Shown: positions 56,202-64,000 of the stretch, one piece after another
Position numbering within the stretch: the first letter of the stretch is position 1
How the letters are laid out: each line of letters begins with the position of its first letter
DNA from: Selaginella moellendorffii
Taxonomy: Eukaryota; Plantae; Lycopodiophyta
DNA: 64,000 nt
Assembly: GCF_000143415.4 (NCBI RefSeq)
Contig: NW_003314315.1
Coordinates: 558,001-622,000 of the forward strand
Reading direction: 5' to 3'
The notes under the pieces: generated by a model
What the model was told of the DNA's origin: nothing
Database searches by the model: none
Seen by the model: only the letters and a program-made list of their open reading frames with translations
Made by a program: the position numbers and the translations under genes

Positions 56202-57802
56202 ATGACGTCGGAGCCATTCCGGAGGTAGGCGCGATCGCCCGGCGCCTCGTTCTAAATTCTTCCTTGCTTGCCAGGCTCGTGAGGCTGGTGGCGCGAGCGT
56301 TCTACGACGATGAGATCCCCCACAAGGGCGCAAACCCTGGCAAGTCCGGCAAATCGGACAACAAGGGGATCAGTGTGGTGGTGCTGGATGCGCTGACGAG
56401 GTAAAGAAAATCAGCGCTGCAGGCATCTAGCTTCTTTGGGCTGTGATCAGATGATTCATGGGATCAGAATGACAGAAGACAATGGGTGAAAGAGGAAGAG
56501 CTGGCCAAGAGGCTCAAGCTCCATCCAAAGCAGCTCCGCCGGACGCTCAGAGTTCTCGAGGACGAGATGCTGGTGATTCGAGAGGACCACAAAGAGGTTT
56601 TTGCTCTCTTCTTTTTCTTTTCCTTGTTCTTGCGCTTTGGCATCTATCTTAGCTCTTTCTTTCAGACGACCAAGAATGCAAAGGTTTATAATGCAGCTGT
56701 GGCTGTCGCTGATGGCGAGCAGCAAGGTGGTCCTGCCAACGAAAAGACGAAGGCTCTTCTACATTCGTACTGCTGCTTAGATTATGCTCAGGTATAGCAG
56801 TAGAAGGTCGTGAATCTTACTTGGCTCTTGATTCCTTCGTGTCACAGATTTGCGATGTTGTTAGATATAGGATACACCGCGCGAAAAAGATGATCAAGGA
56901 CGAACTCGAGGACAAGAACACTGTGCAAGAGTATGTTTGTCCGGACTCTGGTTGTGGTAGGAGGTAAGCGCGTCGAATTGCTCTGCTGCCAGCTAGAGAG
57001 AGTCGTTTTTGCTTAATAGTGTATTTCTTTTCTCACAGTCCTGTATTTTCTCTGTGAAGATACTCCGCTCTGGATGCATCAAGGCTGATCAGCCCAGTGG
57101 ATATGAACTTCCATTGCGAGAGATGTGATGCCGAGCTTGTTGCAAACAATGATAAGCTAGCGCCTAAAGACCTTGGCGAAGGGAATAATGAGGAAAACGC
57201 GAGGCGGCGCCAACGCGAGAAACTCAAGGAGATGCTTGAGCGCATGGAGGTTTGTATGTTCTAGCCTGTCAAAGGTTTTGCTAACGTCGTTTCCACACAG
57301 GTCCAGCTAAAACCTTTGACGGACCAGCTCGCAAAGCTGAAAGATCTGACCCCTCCGGACTATGGATCATTTTCGCAATGGCAAGAAAGGACGCTGGCGC
57401 AGGCCAGGGGCGACGGAGACGGTGATCATAAAACTGCTAATGGAGAACGACCGAGCGTACCGATGCCGTTTCTGGGCGAAACCAAGGCAAGAGTTTTTTT
57501 TCTCTCGTCAAGACCACCTCTTATGTTTCATCGTTTCTATCAGGTGGAAGTGGCTTTTGCTGGCTCGGATACGAAGGAGGCTGTCAAAGAGGATCCTGGA
57601 AAATCCATGAAAGTTCTTCCGCCTTGGATGATACGGCAGGGAATGTCTCTAACAGCACAGCAACGGGGCGAAGTTAAGACCGAGGAGGGTGCTTCCTCCG
57701 ACACAAAGCCAACCGTAGCGGCAACGATGGACGAGAAGCCCATGTCCGCCGAGAGGCAACTACAGGAGGAATACGTGAAGGCTTACTACGCAGCGCTGAT
57801 GC

Positions 57803-57841
<39 letters not shown>

Positions 57842-58113
57842 CAGGCGATGCTCTGGACGAAGTCAAGAAGGAAGAACCGGATCAAGAGAATGGTTTTGCT
57901 GCGATTGCTGGAGATCGTGTTGTGGGGGCCAAGTCGAAGCGAGACGATGCCGAAGACGATGTAGAATGGGAGGAAGAAGCTCCATCCACAGGTTTGCGTT
58001 CTCCGATTTTATTCGCTTCCATCGCTAAGCTTTGCTAAGCTTTTGGTTTTTTGGCAGAGGCTGGAGTTGCTGGAGCTGCTGACGCTGGCGACGATGATAT
58101 CGACTGGGAATGA
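56202..58113 (+). CDS. GTF2E1: General transcription factor IIE subunit alpha, multi-exon
   Basis: EPFRRLVRLVARAFYDD, VVVLDALTRRQWVKEEELAKRLKLHPKQLRRTL, HSYCCLDYAQICDVVRYRIHR, zinc ribbon YVCP..GC...FHCERC, KVLPPWMIRQGM, acidic DDDIDWE end. Confidence 0.93.
57805..57837 (+). repeat. CAG/CAA repeat encoding poly-Gln (Q11) in TFIIE-alpha
   Basis: (cag)9 caa cag in frame. Confidence 0.9.
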
Positions 58114-58325
58114 TCGTAGCCCACCACCACGTTGCTGGGATTATTTTTTGCTTTTCTCTCGCGGAAGAGAGCTAGATATAGCATAGCAAATTCGTGTGTT
58201 CTTTCCAATTTTTAATGTACGGAAGAACATTGGTGGTCTGGCCGTACGGTGGATCTGTTTAGAGTTAAGCTTCCCCACATTTTTAACTTTAACACGTTCT
58301 CAGTGGATTAGGGTTTTGAGGCTCG

Positions 58326-60162
58326 ATGGGTGAGGAGGGACTCTTGCCCAAGGACTCGGCGGCTCTCATGACGATCCTGAGCGACAGGGAGCTCACCTTC
58401 GCCGGCGCTGTGGAGGTTTTCACGCGCCAGTTCGATGCGACGATGCACTTCCAGCTCTCGTGCAATCTCGTGCTGCTGCTCCAGGTACCGTGGAAGCAAG
58501 ATTTTGCCCCATTTCCCTCATAGTTGCGATGATCGGCTAGGAAGGGATCATTCTCCAGAAAGAACAGCGGCTCGTGGCACTCTACATTCTCCACAGCTTG
58601 TATATCACACAGACCGAGACGAATCCATTCGTCTCGTTTCTTCTCCGGGTAAGTCCATGGCTAGCCTCTTTGTTTGGAGATATTTCCTCCATTGTTTTTC
58701 TAAGCTCTTCTCCACAGTTCACTGCCGACGAGTCTGTTGCGAAGCTCGAGAGAGGTTTTCTTGTCACATTGATTCGTAGCGGTAACAAAGAGGTGAGCTG
58801 CTTGGATCTAAGTTGAGAGTTCATGTTCTTCTCATTGCAGTTTGAGAAACGAACGCCCAGTGACTTCGTGACTACTTTTGATGGATCCCTCCAAGTGAGT
58901 TTTGCTTCTTTCTTCCTCCTTATATCTATGTGTAAACGTAGAGTGTCTTCCTAGGCGCCTACCAAAGACCAAGTGCAAAAGCAAGCGCCACAAAAGGCTG
59001 TAAGTTTCTTGCCTGGACCGAATTGCTTTAGCAAGGCTGCCATCAGAAATGTACTCCCAGACCCGGATTTACCGTCCGGCTACAGTTCGGACGGTCTAGA
59101 AACGGGAGTCTCTGAGTCTGAGAGTGGCGAGTTGGCAGCCATCGAGCTGATGCAAGCCAGTAGTCTGAAAGGATTGGAGCCGGCATGGGACAGACCGATT
59201 CCTCCAAAGTTTCCACTTCGCAAAGAAGAGGTAGGCTGTTGATTGCCCATACTCATAACTCAAGGTAGCTAATCAATCATTTCGTTTTGTGACAAGCTTC
59301 TTTGGCTTACTCCAGACAGCGAACACGACCTCTTATGGCATTCTGGGATGTGTGCGGATTCAAGTCGGGGTGCTGCAGTCCGTGAGCTTATCGCAAGGGC
59401 TTTGAAAGGCGCACTAGCTCCGGCACAACAGCAGGTTGCTTCTACTTGTAGATGCCTTGTGCTCATAGTTTTACGAATTTACAGCAAGTTCTTCAAGAGC
59501 TGGAGTCCGATCCGAAGCTTGTCTATCACTGTGGTCTCACGCCCCGTAGACTACCAGTACGTATGGCACTCTTTTAGGCTGTTTGGCTTATCAATCTCTC
59601 ATCATTAGGAACTCGTTGAAAACAATCCTATTATTGCAGTTGAGGTTCTTCTCAAGCTGATGAACTCGGTACAAAGCTCCGAGTAAGTACGTCTGTGGAG
59701 ATTACAAGCTGTTTATCTCGCTTCGGTTTCTACAGGTATTTCAACGCGCTTGTAAGCATGGACATGAGCCTGCACTCCATGGAAGTCGTCAATCGCCTGA
59801 CAACGGCCGTGCAGATCCCTGTCGAATATATCCATGCCTACATTAACAATTGCATATCTTCATGCGAGAATATGAAGGTAGGAGTGGCCTAGAAGTGAGC
59901 ATGGCTTGTTCATTCGGTTTCTTAGCAGGACAAGTACATGCAAAATCGATTGGTGAGACTGGTGTGCGTCTTTTTGACGAGCCTCATTCGCAATAGAATC
60001 ATAAACGGTAACGAAAAACATTTTTCTCTTACTGAGGACTTAACGTTAGTTTGTGGTGTAACAGTTCACGATCTGTTTATCGAAGTTCAAGCGTTCTGCA
60101 TCGAGTTTTCCCGCATCAGAGAGGCCGCGGGCCTTTTCAGGCTGCTCAAGTCACTGGAATAG
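58326..60162 (+). CDS. CNOT11: CCR4-NOT complex subunit 11, multi-exon
   Basis: [76 protein letters not shown]. Confidence 0.93.
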
Positions 60163-60274
60163 GTACATAGCTAGGCCAATTTATTGCAAGCTAATTTGTG
60201 AAACTGGATCCGCTGCAATGGAAATAGTATTTTCCTTACAAGTGTTGTTTGGGGGTTAGGGAAGGCTACAGAAA

Positions 60275-62011
60275 ATGGATGCTCTACGACTCCAGTTCCA
60301 GTTCTCAGGGAAACTGCTTCAGAGCTCTTCGAAAAGATGCTCCTCAAGTTCCAAGCAAAGTGTTTGCCGATTGGGTGCTGTAGAACTCGAAGACTGCGCT
60401 CTCAAAGTAGCTCAATTTGATGGTGGCAAGCCGGTGGAAGAGTCTTTGACAGCACCCAGTTCCTGGTACTGGAGTTCTTCGCTCGCGTCACTCGAGATGG
60501 AGTGCATCTTTGGAAGAGGTTGGCATGCCGCAGGTACTTCACTTTCTTTCGGTTTTGCTTGTCAACAATGCCCGTTTTCTAACCAGGTTATGTCGAGCAG
60601 CTGGAAAACCCGAGGCAGTTCTTCACTGGAAGGTATTTTTGAGTCGTGTTGAGAAACTTTTCATTCTTTTGAGTTTTATCCAGCCTCGGGCGAGTGAGAT
60701 ACGTTGTTTGCAGAGACGAGCAAGGTCAGCTTCATGCATTTCACAATGTCTGTAGGCATCATGCTGCGCCTGTTGCTTCTGGCTCTGGATGTACGCCTTC
60801 GTTTTCATGTCCTTATCATGTCTGTGAACAATCTCTCTGGCCTGTAAAACTAACTTGCCTTTTTTTTTTCTTGCAGGGATGGACCTACGGCCTCGATGGT
60901 AATCTTCTAAAGGCCACTCGTATTACAGGCATTAAGAACTTCAATCCACGGGTAAGTTGAGTCTTTCTCTTCTTTTGTGTGTTGTCTAATCGTGTCATGC
61001 GTTCACAGGAAAATGGCTTGGTTCCCATCCAAGTGGCTGCATGGGGGCCTTTTGTGCTCATTAATCTCGATGCTCAAGCAAATCAGGAACTTGTAGCGGT
61101 CGAGTGGCTTGGATCCTCTTCTGATTTGCTAGTTGCGGCCGGTATTGATAGATCCTTACGACATGTTGCACGGAGAGACTACGTTATCGACTGCAACTGG
61201 AAAGTATGTGTTTTCTTTTCTTTTTCTGTATAAAATGCGTCAAAAGCTAATGCTTTCCAATGTCAACAGGTATATTGTGATAACTATCTGGATGGTGGAT
61301 ATCACGTACCTTTTGCACATCCGGGGCTGGCAAAGGGATTGGATCTCGCATCGTATAAAACTGTGGTAAGCTCTGGTTTTCGGTTTTTATTTATTTGTTT
61401 CTCTCTTTACGTTTTTTTATGTGATTAGCTTTATGAAACTGTGAGCATCCAAAGCTGCAGGTCCAAGAACACTGGAGAGGAAAGACTTGGAGAGCGCGCT
61501 ACGTATGCTTTCGTGTATCCAAATTTCATGATCAACAGGTAGACACTTCGGTTTTCTATTTTTTTTTGCTCTGACTCCAAACCAACAGGTATGGGCCATG
61601 GATGGACACCAACCTGGTTCTTCCAATCGCTCCAAACAAGTGTCAGGTTGTGTTTGACTACTACCTGGAGCCACAGTTCTGCGTAAGCTTCCGCAATCTC
61701 GTCTCGCAGCTCGCTCACTCTTTGCACCACAGCAGGACAAAGAATTCATCGCTAGCAGTCTCGAGGAAAGCGATCAAGTCCAGGTACGATTCATCTTAGT
61801 TTTTTTGGTTTGTGCTGAAAAAGCTGCGTGTTTTTATTAGAGAGAAGACGTAACTCTATGTCAGAGTGTCCAGCAAGGTCTCGAGTCCTTGTCGTATGAC
61901 GCGGGACGTTACGCACCCAAAGTGGAAGAGGCGATGCACCACTTCCACTGCCGCCTCCACAACGATCTTCTCCTGGGAATCAAACGCGCAAAAATTCCTA
62001 GTGGTATGTGA
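60275..62011 (+). CDS. CMO: Choline monooxygenase-like Rieske non-heme iron oxygenase, multi-exon, with a transit peptide
   Basis: Rieske ligands NVCRHH...CPYHGWTY, CNWKVYCDNYLDGGYHVPFAH, YPNFMINRYGPWMDTN, GRYAPKVEEAMHHFHC. Confidence 0.9.
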
Positions 62012-62586
62012 CAATCTTCTTTTCATCCACACCACAGTTGGTCTAACGATTCCATTCCATCGCTGGTTTTATAGTTGAGCGCTCGTGTCGAAGAGAAGTT
62101 TGAGCACGGATCCAAGATTCTTTTAAGTGACGCTAACAGGAATCGAGCTCCGTGTCAAATTCCACTACCACGTGTGCGATAAATATCTTGTAAGACCTTT
62201 CCATTTGGCGTAATGAGAAAAAACTTTGTTGGTAGCGGAGCGGAATAAAGTGAATGAATATTCTCCGCCCAGATGCTTGGCCGAACCCTCCAGCGTTATC
62301 TCTCCACGTGTCGCGCTTGGAGGCCCCAAGATCGGGTGCCCTGATCTTCGACGTGGCAGGTATAAGACCGTCGATGCTTCTGGTGTGCGAGCTTTTGTGG
62401 CACTGGCGATGGATGCGCCAAAATGCTCGTCGATCGAGGAAGGAACGCGCTCGTTTTCTCCGGATTTGAGGTAGCTGTGGCGGATTCTCTCGGCGCATTC
62501 GATCGGCATCGGTGATAATTCGAGGGGAAAGATCGGGCATTCTCTTCCGGGGATAGGAATCATAGAAGGCGAGGCTCCGATCGAGA

Positions 62587-64000
62587 ATGCGCGCCGTGTC
62601 GAGCTCGTCGTGCCACTGCTGCTGCTCGGTCGATGCCGGGGAGCTGCGCGAGGCGGCCAAGAGCTGGACAGCGCCGGCGGGGGCCGCGGCGAGGAGAAGA
62701 GCCAAGGGATTGCGGCTGCGAGCGTCTGTGGGCGTGGATGGAAGCCCCGTGGGAGCGAACAATGTGCCGGATTACAGGGTCTTCTCCACCATGATCGCTG
62801 ATAGCCCCGCGGCGCTGCCATCGCAGCAAAAGGTTTACGATGTGGTGCTCAAGCAAGCTGCCTTGGTCGAGAAGCTGGGGAAGCTCGAGAAGTTCCCAGC
62901 GATCCCTGTGACGAACAGAGATCTCTTGGAAGAGGCGTATACCAGGTGTGGAGAGATTTGTGCCGAATATGCCAAGACCTTCTATCTAGGTGAGACGATT
63001 CTAAACGCGCGAATGATTCTTCTCACGAATGGTGTGGTGTTTGTAGGGACTTTGCTGATGACTCCAGAGAGAAGGAAAGCGATCTGGGCGATATATGGTG
63101 AGTTGATCTAGAAGAACTCTTTGTTTTTCTTTGTTTTGTTTCTACTTCCTTTGCGGCATCCGTGATTTGTTTTTTGTTTTCTATTGAGCTAGTGTGGTGC
63201 AGGAGAACTGACGAGCTCGTGGACGGGCCAAACGCAGCACACATAACTCCCACGGCGCTGGATCGCTGGGAGCAAAGACTAGAAGATCTCTTCGTTGGAA
63301 GGCCTTTTGACATGCTCGATGGAGCACTGGCAGACACTGTTTCGAAGTATCCGGTTGACATCCAGGTATTCTAAAGACATTTCTCTTGCGGATATTATAT
63401 GCTGATCATTCCTTCGAATCGTTCATGCAGCCGTTCCGGGACATGATAGAAGGCATGCGACTGGATCTGGTAAAGTCGAGGTACAAAAATTTTGACGAGC
63501 TTTACCTGTATTGCTACTACGTCGCCGGCACTGTGGGACTCATGAGCGTGCCAGTGATGGGCATTGCGCCGGAATCCAACGCTAGCGTGGAGAGCGTCTA
63601 CAATGCCGGCTTGGCCTTGGGCATCGCGAATCAGCTAACCAACATTCTCCGGGACGTCGGGGAAGAGTGAGCCTGAGATCATCCTTTGCTTTTGAGAAAA
63701 CTCAAGCTCGATTTGCTGTCCAGTGCCGGGAGAGGACGAGTCTATCTCCCTCAAGACGAGCTCGCCAAGTTCGGCCTATCGGACGAGGACATCTTCGCGG
63801 GCAAAGTTACTAACAAGTGGAGAGCGTTCATGAAGGACCAGATAACGAGAGCTCGGAAGTTCTTCAAGGAGGCCGAGCTGGGTGTCATGGAGCTAGACAA
63901 AGACAGCCGGTGGCCTGTAAGTCAACAGCACGTTTTCTAGCTTCGCTTTCTAGCGTTTTCGGCCGTTCACGTTTTCTAGCGTGGCCTTGTTCCAGGTGTG
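62587..64000 (+). CDS. PSY: Phytoene synthase (3' end beyond the window)
   Basis: [95 protein letters not shown]. Confidence 0.97.

Noticed and set aside
62133-62821. Long minus-strand ORFs upstream of and overlapping PSY
   Set aside because: GC-rich antisense or UTR sequence without domain features.

Overview
Gene-dense land-plant nuclear DNA with very short introns (about 50-70 nt) and many PPR genes. These features suggest a lycophyte such as Selaginella, but that is inference and was not checked. Conserved genes recognised: organellar uL5 and bL33, class II PRPP synthetase, VPS53, an MIKC*-type MADS-box gene, a PPR-SMR gene, BRCC36, TFIIE-alpha, CNOT11, a choline-monooxygenase-like Rieske gene, phytoene synthase and tRNA-Ser(CGA). 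Accessory content includes two secreted chimeric bulb-type lectins (one broken by a single stop), a CxC-rich single-pass surface protein, a Uma2/PD-(D/E)XK-like nuclease ORF, two decayed BRCC36 duplicates, a Ty3/gypsy pol remnant and a TRIM-like mini-retroelement. The stand-out is an intact three-exon gene of about 2190 aa (26082-32771, minus strand). It fuses a VLIG/GBP-type GTPase, an array of Cys/His zinc-binding repeats and a MIDAS-complete vWA domain, and is a candidate immunity-type giant GTPase of non-seed plants. Other points of note: a U12 AT-AC intron in BRCC36, a perfect 25-bp inverted repeat bracketing the tRNA-BRCC36-nuclease block, and a divergent plastid-type uL5 with a mitochondrial-looking presequence. 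All calls come from reading the sequence; no database searches were run.
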